This document shows, piece by piece, positions 1 to 13,830 of a stretch of 64,000 bases of DNA (its first letter is position 1; each line of letters starts with the position of its first letter). The stretch is from the NCBI RefSeq assembly GCF_006345805.1, contig NC_043012.1, positions 56,854,001 to 56,918,000 of the forward strand. Direction: 5' to 3'. The position numbers and the translations under genes are program-made. The notes beneath the pieces were generated by a model that saw only the letters and a list, made by a program, of their open reading frames with translations, had not been told where the DNA came from and did not search any database. Source of the DNA: Octopus sinensis (lineage: Eukaryota).

Positions 1-610
1 TTGCAGGGAAAATTACTCAAAGGACTGACAATTCTAGTTTATTTGTCGTTTGGATTACATCGTTAAGGTGAATATTTTCACGAGAACCATTAACAACACG
101 AGCAAAAATAACAACTATTGCAGAAAAAAAAAAAAAAAACTCATTCTGAATGGAGACTCGAAGGAAGAAAAATAGCGCTGCTGATATTAAGATAATTAAA
201 AGATTCTCCATATTTCTATAAAAGCGAATTTTCCCATCGGAAAATATTCGTATATCAATTTTTAATTGAATCGGTCTTAGTTTAACCATTCTAATTTTAT
301 ATTTGTTTCAATTACCGACTCGTTAATCTGTGCATCAGACTTTATCATTAACCATCTATGCTTCTTTGAAATAATAAAGCTAAGCTAAAGATAATTTACA
401 AACCCATTTATTAAGATCACTTTGAATATTATCATTATTATATTATTATCATCATCATCATTATTATTATATCGCAATAATAAATAAGCCAGGCCCTCCT
501 TTTAGCTAATTGATCGTCTTCCTTCTCTAACTTCATACATCTCCCTACCACGAAAACTCATAATTCTATCACCCAATCAACGCACAACTACATCGCCGAT
601 ATTACATTAC

Positions 611-629
611 CGTGCCATTGGTCTTCCAT
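611..629 (-). CDS. Possible first coding exon of a divergent head-to-head gene (MEDQWH + 1 nt)
   Basis: Minus strand reads actATGGAAGACCAATGGCACG|GTAATG: strong Kozak context then a donor. No homology recognised. Confidence 0.2.
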
Positions 630-779
630 AGTTACGATATAAGAGAGGAGGAGGACGAGGGGGGAACACAAAAAAAAAGAAAAATATTTTTGCTTTTTCT
701 CTCTCCTTCTTCATCCACCCATCTACTTACACTCTTACTCTTTCTTTATCTCTCCTTCTCCCTCTCTCTTCTTCGCCTT

Positions 780-950
780 TAGTCTTTCCCTCCACTCGCG
801 CTCTCTTGCTCACTCCCTCTGTTTTCTTCGTCAGGTTCGGGTTTTGCGCATGCGTATTCAGTCCGTTGCCATTTTGTTCAGTATTGCTTCTCATTCAGAT
901 GGAGTTGAGTTTCTCCGTTCAACGATGGACGACGGAAAAAACTGTCAGGT
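780..950 (+). promoter_or_regulatory. Candidate promoter / first exon (NRF1-like and YY1-like motifs)
   Basis: TGCGCATGCG at 845-854 and GCCATTTT at 868-875 in a CpG-retaining, SINE-free region; short ORF ATG 925 (MDDGKNCQ) ending at possible donor CAG|GTAGCA 948/949. Confidence 0.5.
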
Positions 951-1420
951 AGCACATTTTTCTTTTATTTCAAATCGTACCTCTTCGATTCCAAATCACA
1001 CAAAAGCATTTTCCCACCCTCCATCTAACACATATACACGCACACAAATACATCATATAGTTCCTACCAAACTTCTAGTTAATGAAAAGTACATATATAC
1101 ACACACACACACACTTATGTGTATATGTAGTATATATATATACATATATGCATGTGTATAATCCTGTGTGTGTATATTATATCAGTGTATTTGGAAAATA
1201 GCGGTCAAGATTACTTATAATACTTCCTCCCCCTCTTCTCTTCTTTTTTTCTCCTCCCCCTTTGTTTATCTTCATTTCTCTCTTTTTCTTTTCTTCAAAT
1301 TCATCCTTTTCCTTCTGTCTCTCTCTCTTTCTTTTCTCTTTTCACTTCACCCTGCAGCCGCACCACACACATAATTATACAGTTGGGCTTTATGTCTTTC
1401 CGTTGCTTTACTTTTGTTTA

Positions 1421-1433
1421 TTACATATGTGTG

Positions 1434-1472
<39 letters not shown>

Positions 1473-1537
1473 TATATATATATCCGTGCGCGCGCACACA
1501 CGCATATCTAATTAAACGTACGTATTATATATAATAT

Positions 1538-1581
<44 letters not shown>

Positions 1582-2016
1582 ATATATATGTGTATGTGTG
1601 TGTATATATATAATATGTGTATGTGTGTGTATATATATAATATGTGTATGTGTGTGTATATATATAATATGTGTATGTGTGTATATATATATAATATGTA
1701 TATGTGTGTGTGTGTATATATATATATATGTATGTGTGTATATATATATTTATAATATGTATGTGGGTATATATATTTATAATATTATGTGTGTATATAT
1801 TTATATGTATGTGTGTGTATATATATGTGTGTGTGTATATATATGTGTGTGTGTGTATATATATGTGTGTGTGCGTATATATATATGTATATATGTGTAT
1901 ATATGTGTATATATATATGTATATATATGTATATATTATATATATATGTATATATGTATATATTATATATATATGTATATATATATATATTATATATATA
2001 TGTATATATTTATATA
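1421..2016. repeat. Compound (TA)n/(TG)n microsatellite with short higher-order units
   Basis: Direct inspection; source of the spurious MCVYI ORFs. Confidence 0.97.
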
Positions 2017-2839
2017 ATGTAATAGTAAAGAAATGGAAAAGAAACCGTCGGTTGCTGTTATCATTTAAATTAATTTTAAATTATAAATTTGCTAGAATTA
2101 TTACGAACAGTAATTTTATTAAAATTATTTTAAAATTATATTTTTGCTGCTTTTTTTTTAATATTTTCTTTTCAATAGAATATTTTAAGATGAAAGAGCT
2201 AATACGAAAAAAAAATCTATTAACTTTTTAAGTGTTGATAATAATAACTTCATTTGCCGAGATCGTGTCTTATTTATTATACGCAACCAGCTGTATATAA
2301 CCGCATTCATCAACACTCACACACGCATGTGCCTATCTATGTATTATATTCGCCTCTCTCACTCTCTCTCTACACACACGCGCGCATATACACATTAAAA
2401 TGTGTGTTAGTGAATGAATTAACGTGCGTGTATATATATATATGTGTGTGTGTGTGTTGGTTCGGTTTTTCTATCGAATTATTTTCATTTTCTGTATCCG
2501 ATTCATTGATTTTATTTCTAAACGATTTTTTTTCCACCACTTTTTCCTCTCATTCTCTTCCTCATACACCACAACACTTCATATTAATCTATCTATCACC
2601 AGTGATTAAACAATATTCAGAAAAATATAAAACCCACATTTTTTTTATGTAAAAAAATAATAATAAATAAATAAAAAAGAATTTTAAAAAAATATATTTT
2701 ATCACTGATATTATTTAATTGCATAATTTTTCTTTTTTCCGAAGAAAAATCAGCAACTGCGAGTCTGTCACCAGAGTTTTTCTTTTCATCTTCTTCTTAC
2801 GCTTGTTTCGAAGTTGGCGTCATGTTCTTGTCTCTTTCT

Positions 2840-3170
2840 AGATTCTCAGCAAATTACGCAAGAAGCAAAACATGGCAGAATTCTTGCAAGATCCATTTGG
2901 ATAGTTCCCCATAGAATTTGCATTGAAATTGTTGGCAGTAATCATTCATTTCTGTCTTTGTTTTCTGCAACTGAGGAGAATCGGAAAAGTTTATACGATT
3001 CGGCCAGGCAAAATGGCGGTTCTTAGAAATATAATAATAATAATAATAATTATTATTATTATTAAGGAAGGGCTCTCCCCCGCTCATTGCAATCTGGTTT
3101 CATATTTATGATTTAAATAATATTTTACCAGTTTTCTCTCTTTTTATATCTTAGAGGTGAGAGGTAAGTT
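2840..3170 (+). promoter_or_regulatory. Second candidate promoter / UTR-exon zone with YY1 motifs
   Basis: CAAAATGGCGG at 3009-3019 and AACATGGCAG near 2869; acceptor TTTCTAG at 2841; consensus donor GAG|GTAAGT at 3163/3164. Confidence 0.4.
3155..3163 (+). other. Candidate 9-nt microexon AGGTGAGAG (or 3' end of a longer UTR exon)
   Basis: ttttctctctttttatatcttAG immediately followed by 9 nt and GTAAGT. Confidence 0.3.
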
Positions 3171-3523
3171 ACGTTGATCTGCGTAAGAAAATAAACACCG
3201 TCAAACAAAACTAGATTAAGGAACGTAAATAATATGTTAATTTCAATTTATCCGTTAGTGATTTCGAAAGAAAGAGGTTTAAAATACAAAGAAAAGATAA
3301 AAGGTTTTTTCTTTTTTTAAACATTTAAAAAAAAATATATATTATTTACAAGAAATCTGTACATTTAGGTTACTTGTCCTTTGAAGTACATTCAGTCGCT
3401 GCTTGTGCGTTGCCATAGTTGTTTGTCAATTAAGAAGTAGTTTAATTAATTACTTAAGAGAAACCGTTTTCTTTTCCCTCCTTCGTTCCTCTTTCATGCT
3501 TTTTTTTTCTTATTTACCACTAG

Positions 3524-3550
3524 TTGGTCAGTTGCGCTTGTTTGTTGTTG
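3524..3550 (+). other. Candidate 27-nt UTR exon
   Basis: Pyrimidine tract + CTAG (3520-3523) and donor TTG|GTAAGT (3551). Confidence 0.3.
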
Positions 3551-3615
3551 GTAAGTGTTGTTGTTTAGTATTAGCGTAGAGTTTACTGGGGAAAAATCTT
3601 AGTCACCTCTGCATT

Positions 3616-3647
<32 letters not shown>

Positions 3648-3788
3648 CCCCCGTAATCACTGCATCGAAAATGTATTGGATTCTACTTTTGTATCGATTT
3701 AAAACAGCAGTATCTGTCTAGTCCCATAAATATTGATATATTTCGGTATTTCTAATCTAATCATCACGATGACCTTACGCTAGTATTG

Positions 3789-3818
3789 ACATCTATCTAT
3801 CTATATATCTATCCATCC

Positions 3819-3892
<74 letters not shown>

Positions 3893-3920
3893 TTATCTAT
3901 CTATCTATCCACCTATCTAT
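3789..3920. repeat. (ATCT)n microsatellite
   Basis: Direct inspection. Confidence 0.97.
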
Positions 3921-4097
3921 CATGCTTATTGTTTCCCTCATCTGATGCCTCCGTGGCAAATAAATAAGTATTATTATTATTATTCTGCATCTTATTTATA
4001 TTTTGTGTACGGTTATTGATTTTTGTTATTCTGGAAGCTGAGACATTTTAATGCACTTTTGGTTGCTACATTTTCTTTTTTCATGTACTAATCGGTA

Positions 4098-4135
<38 letters not shown>

Positions 4136-6596
4136 GGTGAGAATTTTTTAGTGTAGTGGAAGGGTAAAGATAGAGTATGCTGGAATTAGATGAGAAAAGA
4201 AAGAAATAAAATAGATTCTGCTTAGATGAAATTCTGTGGAAGGAACCCGAAATCGCGTGTGGCTGTGTCTAAACTACGATGACGACAATATCAGAACTGC
4301 TAACACCGATCTTATGTGGGTGTGTGGAAAGGAAACAGACGTTTTAATATTTTGGTAAGGTGCGTAATAAGTGGAGAAATTGCTAGGCTGCTTGCTAATA
4401 AAAATGCTAGAATTATCGGATAAAGCAGCAGAAGTGTGAGATCGAAGGTTTATAGTTTGATCATTCCGCGTAAATCATTTATATTTACACCTCCGTTAGT
4501 CCTTTTGTAATGTCAATATTTACGTCTTTCGTTCGGTGAATGTTTCCCAGTAAAATTATAATATCGAGAAATTGTTCCGTTTTTTTGTTTGTTGGTTTTT
4601 ATACTTTGTTGTGCTTTTATTTTCATTCATTATTTAAAATCTGTTAATTGTTTATTTCCGTTCTTTTTCTTCTTCTTCTTCTCTCCCTCCCTATCTGCTG
4701 CTTCTTGGCATTCGTTACCATGATGCAGTCAATATTTTTTGACAACTTTTCCAATACTGTTATTTATGATAATTGATATGTTTATTTGTCGGAAAAAAAT
4801 CCAATCTATTCCTATGTGAAATATATAAACATCTACTGCAATACATCCACGCAAGTGATAAAGCTGTCGATGTAAAAAGAGTAATCAAAGTTGTGAAGAT
4901 GCCATGGAGGATAAACTGATCACATAACATTATTCATTTTGAAACCAAAAATTATATTTAAATAAATTTTTTGAATGACATATCTTTTTGAATAAGTTTC
5001 TAAGCAAGTTCAGTGAATTTTTTTCTTCAGTCGATCTCACGTTGCCAGATATTTGCGAACAATTCACCAACTCAGTATTGCTGAAGATAAATAGGGCGAG
5101 AGAGTGTGTTTACTGTGTGATTATTTTTAGTGAGACGACAGTAAATTAGTTTTCATTGAAAAAAAAAATTTTTTCTTCTTTCATTCAGTGACGAAATTTT
5201 ATTTGGTTTCGTATTTAGTAGGTTGGAGATGGAGAACGACTACCTAGATATTATTTTTTTTTAACGAAATCGTTAACGAGGAAAGAAAAGAAAAAAATAA
5301 ATTAGTATTAGTTTATCTAAATTTTAACCGTTTCTCATGGTAGTTGAGTTTTACCAAACCCGGTAAATATCGATACACGCTCGACTTGTTAGGCCTCAAA
5401 TCGCAGCCTTATGTCTTAGAAGATTGGAAAGACATTGGACAATATAACCCTAGAAATATTGTTGTGAAGCAGAAACACAGGATGGTCACGGCTGGAGTGC
5501 TATGTATCAGAGTACTTCTCGAACAGAGCTATCGACTACTTCGGCTCACATTTTAAACGATGTTCTAATGAAATGCTAAATTCGTATTTCGATCTATAAA
5601 CAGTCGTCAATGTGACAGAAATGCATAAACTTCGGTTTATCTGCTATAATTATTTACTGAAAACTTTCTTTCCGGCATGGTGACGCATCATTTGTGATCG
5701 TTTGCTATTGAATGAGTTGTAACCTTCGGAATCTTTACTACGATATTCAGTATTCAGCGAGACGGTTGTATTATTTTAATCAATCAATATCGATTGATTA
5801 AATCCTATACGATTTTTTTTAAATGACTTTTATGCTTGCATAAGTTTCTGGCTATCTCCAGCCAATTTTTTTTTTTCAACAAGTCGATTTTTGTTGTTTA
5901 ACCTCTCGGCAAAGCAGGACTTACCTGGGGTTTAAATAACAGCAATACTTGCTTCAACTGTTCTTTGCAAATGATCTTTGCTATTTTGTTGAATCTTCCA
6001 ACTCCTGTCAGATATTTAATATCGATTCGGATAAAGAATCAAGAATAAAGTCTTATTATATGAAGGTTGTATAGCCCCAGCTGATCCCCTATTTAGTAGA
6101 TCTTTGATCAAATGTGCTCTGGCTTTGATCATCTCTCCTTTTCTTTATTCTCCTGGTACTGCATGTTAGGAATACTTTATCGAATATTTTTCTATTTACA
6201 AAATGCTAGAGTAAAATCTGAGGACGATTTCGCTGCTATTTCTAGCAGATCGAGCGACAGCATAGAAGTTTCCTTCTTTGAGTAAATGTATGTAGGTGAA
6301 AAGAACAGCGAGCTGAGGTGTTAGAGAGGAGGTGATCTTGCTGATTGAATGCGAACGGTTAATGATTCATATCCTGTAACTAGTGAGACACTTAATTCCT
6401 GGAAAAGACTTTTCAGTTCAGCCAGTTGTGTGTGGCATAGAACACAACACACGTTTCATTGCTCGAAGCACCTTGTGAGTGACGAGTGCTCAAATGAACT
6501 AATTAACACGATTCCTTCTTGCCGTGCAAAACGTACTGCCATTTAGTTGTCCTCTTGTTTGAAGGATTCTTTAATGGAAAAGAAAAAAAAAAAAAG

Positions 6597-6860
6597 CAGG
6601 AGTGGCTGTGTGGTAAGTAGCTTGCTAACCAGCCACATGGTTCCGGGTTCAGTCCCACTGCGTGGCATCTTGGGCAAGTGTCTTCTGCTATAGCCCCGGG
6701 CCGACCAATGCCTTGTGAGTGGATTTGGTAGACGGAAACTGAAAGAAGCCTGTCGTATATATGTGTGTCCGTGTTTGTCCCCCTAGCATTGCTTGACAAC
6801 CGATGCTGGTGTGTTTACGTCCCCGTCACTTACCGGTTCAGCAAAAGAGACTGATAGAAC
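6597..6860 (+). mobile_element. Family A SINE, 3'-truncated; first family A copy after the promoter zone
   Basis: Head and body match. Confidence 0.85.
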
Positions 6861-7099
6861 TGTTTAAAAAAAATAATTGCTAACATCCTCAAATGTCTCG
6901 AAAATTTTACAAGGACTAATGCTTACTTCTGGTTTTATGTTGCCAAGCAGATGAGTTTGTAACTTTCCTTGTAGATCTGATAAGAAGTGAGTTATGTAGT
7001 GTTATTTAGTATCTATCCCTGTACAGTGGGTTTCAACTTCAGTATTTCATTAATTTAGTTAAATAGTTTTTATATGTAACCGGTTATACCTTCTTTCTT

Positions 7100-7885
7100 T
7101 TATATGTTTGTCTTTGGACTTTGGTCATGCTGGGGCACTTAATTAGAGTTTAACCTAATGAATCAGTCCCAATACTTATTTTAAAGTTTGGTACTTATTT
7201 CATTAGTCCCTTTAGCTGAATTGCTGAGTTGTGGGGATGTAAACAAACCAGCACCAGTTGTCAATTGGTAATAGGGGCTAGACGCACATACAAAACGTAG
7301 AAAAATGGATGTTGAATGATGATGGTGATATACATACATGACAGACTTCCACATAGTTTCAATTTACTGAATTCACTTGCAAAGCATTGAGGGGCACAAA
7401 GCCAAACAATATCTTGTGAAGACACTTGTCCTAGGTGCCACACAGTGGGACTGAACCAGGAACCATGTGCTTGCAAAGCAAGCTTCTTAACCACAGCCAT
7501 GCTTAACACAAAGGTGTGGCTGTGTGGTAAGAAGCTTGCTTCCCAACCACATGGTTCTTGGTTCAGTCCCACTGTGTGGCACCTTGGACAAGTGTCTTTT
7601 ATGGCCTCAGGCTGACCAAAGACTTGTGAGTGGATTTAGTTGGCAGAAACTGAAAGAAGCGCATTGTATATATGATGTGTTTGTGTGTTTCCACCACTAC
7701 TGCTTGACAACTAGTTTTGGTGTGTTTACATACTTGTAACTTAGCAGTTTGACAAAAGAGACTGACAGAATTAGTACTAAGCTTTAAAAAAATACCTACT
7801 GGGACCAATTTGTTCTACTTAAAATTCTTCAAGGTGATGCTCGAGTATTGCTGCAGTCTAATGACTGAAACAAGTAAAAGATAAA
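7100..7885. mobile_element. Head-to-head pair of family A SINEs (about 7100-7504 minus, 7513-7885 plus)
   Basis: Collinear matches in opposite orientation. Confidence 0.75.
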
Positions 7886-8999
7886 AAATAAATCCTTTAG
7901 AAGAATAATGCCTGAATTATTTCAGTTCAATATTTCTTTGACTGTTTACCTCATTCTCATTTCTTGCCGATGCTGTTGTATTATTTTCACTTGTAACTGA
8001 ATGCAATTGAAGATGACATTGGAAATTCCCCCAAAACTCAACAACACATTTTCATGCCTTTTAGGAATGAATACATTCTCCCATAATGGTCCTTTTGATA
8101 TTACCTCACTTATGGTTGTCTCTAGTTTTCATCCTGTTTTAAATTCTACATATTTAACCTTGTTATATTTTCATAAGGATCCTTTTGTATTCCAAAGGAC
8201 CTGGTTAATTATGCAAAACTTCAACTTTTTCTAAATTCTTAATTCTAAAATTAATTGAAACAGTATATGACTTTGTGACTAAGTTTGCTTCCCAACCATG
8301 GGGTCTTGGGTTCACCCCACTGTATGGAGCCTTGGGCATATTTCTTCTATATAGTTCTGATTGCTCAAAGGTTTGTGAGTGGGTTTGGTAAAAAAGAACT
8401 GAATGAAGCCCATTTTGTATGTGTGTGTGTATGATAGAAGGAGAAAAAACACAAAGATGAGGTTAAAAAAAAACCCCAAACAAACAGGGTGTATAAAGGA
8501 TGATGTTAAAGTAAATTATAAGAAGTGTTTAATGTTTTGGGTATATGCTCTTTTATGGAAAGGAAAGATGAAGAGAAACAAAAAATAGAAAAGAGGTCTT
8601 TGAATTAGATGGTGAAAATGTGTGTGTGTGCAATGGCATGAGAGTAATGTTAGATGACTGATCAAGAAGAAATATGGATCTAAATCTTCTATATACAAGG
8701 TAAACAGCAGTGCTAATGTGGATGCAATGTTCATCAATTTCAGAATATAGTAGCAATTACTTTACTCAAATTATCAAAGAGAATTGGAAATGTTACTTCC
8801 TCTGACATTCTGTTTCAATGCTTTTATGGCTGACTAAATTATGGATGAACATGAAGGAGAGTTCATGCAGGAATTGATAAATATTTGTTGTAGGTTCTTT
8901 GAGTTTTCACATGTTTACTTTGAGAGTTGCATACAAATCTGGATGAATTTTTAATATACCTGTTGATTAGAGCTGGTCAAGCTATATAGCCATCACCCT

Positions 9000-9031
<32 letters not shown>

Positions 9032-11534
9032 CCATTATCCCATCCCAGTTCAATCTGCTTGAGTCAACCTTTGGCTTGAAAGCAGCTGATCAAACATATA
9101 GGAACGGTCTGACTGAGGAATAATAACAGCTTCTGATATATAAAGATAACCAATGTGTTGGTTTTGGTTGAATTTTTAAATATCTGATCACCCTTTTCTA
9201 GCATGGCTGGTTTGTCTTTGTTTTAAATATGTTAAATTTTTCAAATGAAATTGAGAGCCATGTCTGTATATAATGTTCCTTTCTTGGCTGTATGTATTGG
9301 CTGGTCCGAGGATTTTTTTGTGTGGCTACTCATTGTAGCACATGTGTTTCTAAATGACCTGTTAGAAATAGCAGTCAAACATTCCTCCTGTCACACCTTA
9401 CTGTTTTAAAAGAGGACACCATATGATCGCCTTGGACACCTTTGATTATATAGTTCCATTTGGTAAGGGCTGAACTTGGATAAACACCTTGAGTCTGTGA
9501 GATTCAAGTGTCAGAAAGAAAGAAAAGAAAAACAGTAGAAAACTTCTTAGAAATACGTATTTATTGCTTCCTTTTCTAAATATTTTTAACCACAATATTT
9601 GTGTGTAATGTAGCTTAAATGACATTTTCCATGAAATCTGCAACTTGTCAAAGTTATACGTAATTTTTAAAAATTCATCTTTTTCTTTTCTTTCATTATG
9701 TAAAACTATAAAGTGAATTATATATATGTACTGTATTTTAATGTTTATAAGGAACCCCCTAATTCTTTGGGCTAAAAATTTTGAAAAAAAAACAGGTTTT
9801 GTAAGGGATTATAATTCTATCCATGAATAAGAAACTCCCATATTTTTTTTACCTAATTTTTGGCAAAAAAGGGTTCCTTATACACGTTAAAATATGGTAT
9901 ATTATAGTGTTAAGTTCTTCATATATTGCATTTGTAAAGATTCAGTTTTCTTCTTAGTGTTATTTTAAAGATATATCGGTTTGAATTAGATCAGATGGTG
10001 ATGTTGGTAAGGATAATAGGAGAACCAAACTATCCATGATCGTTAGTCTAACAAAATATATTTTGTTTTGCCTATGGCTCTTTGGGAACTAGAAAATAAT
10101 ATTTAGGGAAGCTGATTTATAACCTATGACTGGAAAATAAAAATGAGAATTTTAGGCACAGATATGGCTGTGTTGTGCAGAGTTTGATTCTCAATCACAA
10201 GGTTCCAGAATCAGTCCTACTGCATGGCTGACCAGAACCTTGTTAGTGGATTTGGTAGATAGGAATTGAAAAAAAGCTCTTCCCATGCAGGCATGGGTTG
10301 GACAGTTTGACTGAAAACTGGTAAGTTGGGGTGGGGGACTGCATTAAGTTCTGATCTGATTTGGCAAGGTTTCTACAGCTGGATGCCATTCCTAATGCCT
10401 ACCACTCAGGTGGCACATAAATATATGTATATGTGTGTTTGTGTCTGAATTTGTTCCCCACCATCACTTGACAACTGGTATTGTTGTGTTTACATCCCTC
10501 ATAACTTAGTAGTTCAGCAAAGAGACTGATAGAATAATTACCAGGCTTTTAAATAAGTATGAAAGTTAATTCACTCACCTGAAGTTTGTAAAGGTGATGC
10601 CCCAGCATGGCCACAGTCCAGTGACAGAAACATATTAAGATTTATATATATGTACACACATAATCACGTACATACACAACAACACATCCACACATGCGTA
10701 ATCATACAAGACACACACACATGCTCATATAAAACATACATATAATAGATATACATACAAGAATTCATATAGCTGACCATGATAGAAATTCTACTGGAAG
10801 CAATTTTATCTACATCTTTTTTTCATGTTGGTGAAAGAAATACTTTGAATCAGCAATGCTTCTTTTCATACTAAAAAAAGAGAAAAAAAAACACCAAAAA
10901 ATCTTTGTTTAAAGAAAGAAATCATTATTTTCCTGAATAACCACTTCTGTCAGAATTGCTTTCATGAAAATTGACCTTCAGGTTTCTTGTCTTCAGCATG
11001 CATGAGATATTGCTTCAATTTTCTCTTCCTTAAATATTTTCCTTGTATTATGGAAGTGTTTTTTATGGAGCTAATAAAAACAGTTCTTGTTACGATGCAA
11101 ACCTCATGTCTCGCTTTAGTGTTTGCTCAACTCTGTCCGTTTTCATTGAGAAATATTTCTACTCATCCCTTTGTCATTCTCACCATCACATATTGTAAAT
11201 GAGTGTATGTATGTATGTGAGTCTCTATCTTGCTAGAAACAACAGTAATCTCCTTCACATCACTAATCAATATCTTACAAAGAAGAAATTTTTAAATGGC
11301 CACTTTCATAATGTAGTCTAGGATGGTGTATTTGATGAGAGCTGATTGAGTGTTAGACAAAAATAACAAATATTCTTGTGCTTATTATAAATTGGTACTA
11401 AGCATGTAAATGCTTTATTTACTTTGCTTCCTATCTTCATTAAGGAATTATCAAATGATGGAAACAATGTTTAAAGATTTGGCATCAGATTTTGGTTAGT
11501 AACGTTTTTTTTTCCTGAATATTTTTTTTCTTTT

Positions 11535-11735
11535 TCTTTTACTTGTTTCAGTCATTTGACTGCGGCCATGCTGGAGCACCGCCTTTAGTCGAGCAAATCG
11601 ACCCCGGGACTTATTCTTTGTAAGCCCAGTACTTATTCTATCGGTCTCTTTTTGCCGAACCGCTATGTGACGGGGACGTAAACACACCAGCATTGGTTGT
11701 CAAGCAATGCTAGGGGGACAAACACAAACACACAC

Positions 11736-11779
<44 letters not shown>

Positions 11780-11937
11780 GACAGGCTTCTTTCAGTTTCC
11801 GTCTACCAAATCCTCTCACAAGGCTTTGGTCGGCCTGAGGCTATAGTAGAAGACACTTGCTCAAGATGCCACACAGTGGGACTGAACCCGGAACCATGTG
11901 CTTGGTTAGCAAGCTACTTACCACACAGCCACTCCTG
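11535..11937 (-). mobile_element. Family A tRNA-headed SINE, full-length young copy (resembles octopus OR-type SINEs; name unverified)
   Basis: Head AGGAGTGGCTGTGTGGTAAG...GGTTCAGTCCC, central variable microsatellite, tail ...GACTGAAACAAGTAAAAGA; more than 20 copies or fragments in the window. Confidence 0.9.
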
Positions 11938-12078
11938 TAAATATACAGGAAAAAATAAAAAATTATAAAATGTATTAAGTTTGTGCAGAAGCTTCTCAGC
12001 AGTAATTCATCAAGTTGAATTGAGTGACCACATCTCTGAGCAAGCTCCTTAGATACCTTGAACAATGCCGTGCATTAT

Positions 12079-12416
12079 AAAAAGGGTAAAGACCCACTTC
12101 GAATGATCATGGGATTGCACTTAAAAAGTTCTCCTGAGGCACAAGCCTGGGCAAGATTGTTTATGGAAGACTAGCAGTCACCCATGCATACCAGCCTCCC
12201 CTCTTCACACCACCAGTGTTATCTAAGGGGAAGGCAAAGACCGATACAGCTTCATACCAGTGCTGTTGCAACTCCTTTTCTACAGCTGAGTGAACTGGAG
12301 CAACGTGAAATAAAGTGTCTTGCTCAAGAACATAATACACAGCCAAGTCAAGGAATTGAACTCACCACCTCATGATTGTGAGCCTGACGCTCTAAACACT
12401 GAGCCATGCACCTTCA
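12079..12416 (-). mobile_element. Family D tRNA-headed SINE
   Basis: Reverse complement of 21509-21839. Confidence 0.8.
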
Positions 12417-13204
12417 TGCATTATATGAATGATATAAAAAAAAAGAAATGATTGACAGGAATTCCTTACATGAAGCTAAACAGCAATGGATTCTACAAAC
12501 TATTTTATCAATTTTCTGTACCCATGCCAGCTTGGAAAATAGGCATTGAATGATCATGATTACACACACACACACATGTTTGTGCAAATGTGACTGTATG
12601 GTTAAGGGGTTTACTTCCCAATGACATGATTTGCGGTTCAGTCCCACTACATGACACCTAGGACAAGTTTCTTCTCTATAACACTAGGCTGACCAAAGCC
12701 TTGTGAGTGGATTTGGTTGATGGAAACTGAAACAGGTTTGTGTGCACATGCACACAAACACACATGCATATATAGTTCAAATTTACAGAAAGCAAAAGAT
12801 GAAGACAAGTGAAAGAAAAACAAGCAGGAGTATTATTTCAACACTCAAGAAGAATGGAAAAGTCATTGACATTTTGAGTCTATGCTCCTTGACAGAAAGA
12901 ACCGAGAGAGAAAAAAATGTGTAGGGATTAACGGTTCAACATGAAATGTATACATATTTTTGTAATCTCTTTGTCTTGACAATACAGGTCATTCGTAAAT
13001 GAGTGTCACTGTCGTACAAACTGTCATTCGTTTCCAATATTCTGTGTAAGCTTGTCTGGCCATGGGAAAATATTACTTGACTTGGGAACAGGTGAGGGTT
13101 GGGACAGGAAGGGCATCCAACTGTAGAAAATCTGTCCCAATAAACTCTGTCTAACCCATATACCAGAGGGCATGAAAATGATGATTTTATATATATATAT
13201 ATAT

Positions 13205-13440
13205 ATATATAAATTAGAGAAAAACCACTATTATGTAATTCAAACACTGATAGACATAGACCATATCATATAGAAAAAATAAAATATATTATAAAACATC
13301 TAGATATATGTTTTATATATGTTTAGATATATGTTATCTAGGTAAATGTTTTATCATATATTTTATTTTTTCTATATGATATGGTTTATGTCTATCATTG
13401 TTTGAATTATATAATAGTGGTTTTTCTCAAATTTATATAT
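13205..13440. repeat. Inverted repeat, 95-bp arms (13205-13299 / 13346-13440)
   Basis: 5 mismatches in 95 by manual alignment; extra CTAGATA/TATCTAG pairing in the spacer; (TA)n flank. Confidence 0.9.
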
Positions 13441-13553
13441 ACTTTATATTTATATTGTGAAATTTGATTTAATACTAAATTGAATTTTTCCCTGTAAGTT
13501 TGGAGTTATGCTCCCTAACATTATTATCATATATATATATATATATATATATA

Positions 13554-13830
13554 ATTCAAAGAAGAATACAGTGTATGTTCAAACACAAAAGAGATACCCG
13601 AAGAATAGGATATCTGACTCGCTAGAAAGGGCAGTTAAAACTCCAAGCTCTTTCTAGCGAGTCAGATATCCTATTCTTCGGGTATCTCTTTTGTGTTTGA
13701 ACGTACACTGTATTCTTCTTTGAATAATATATAGTCTATTGACTAATTTTTTCTTTCCCGCTAGATCACTGGTAGCAAAGAATTTTTCTATGAATATTCT
13801 TGCTACCCTAAGGTTTTAATTAATGATAAA
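13554..13830. repeat. Fold-back family F copy 1: 79-bp arms (13554-13632 / 13647-13725) plus tail with small GGTAGC...GCTACC hairpin
   Basis: 2 mismatches in 79, both G.U; 14-nt loop; (TA)n on both sides. Confidence 0.9.

Noticed and set aside
17-289. 90-aa minus-strand ORF
   Set aside because: Starts at a non-ATG codon, includes a poly-A-derived Phe run and has no homology; more likely intronic or intergenic.
1540-2231. Overlapping MCVYI-type ORFs (also 48979-49975 and 50380-50975)
   Set aside because: Microsatellite artefacts.
5919-5930. U1 snRNA fragment
   Set aside because: Only the 5' ACTTACCTGG matches; the rest of U1 is absent.
13598-13640. CCGAAGA...GAAA in family F as a hammerhead
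   Set aside because: Not conserved in the other two F copies, and stem I does not form.
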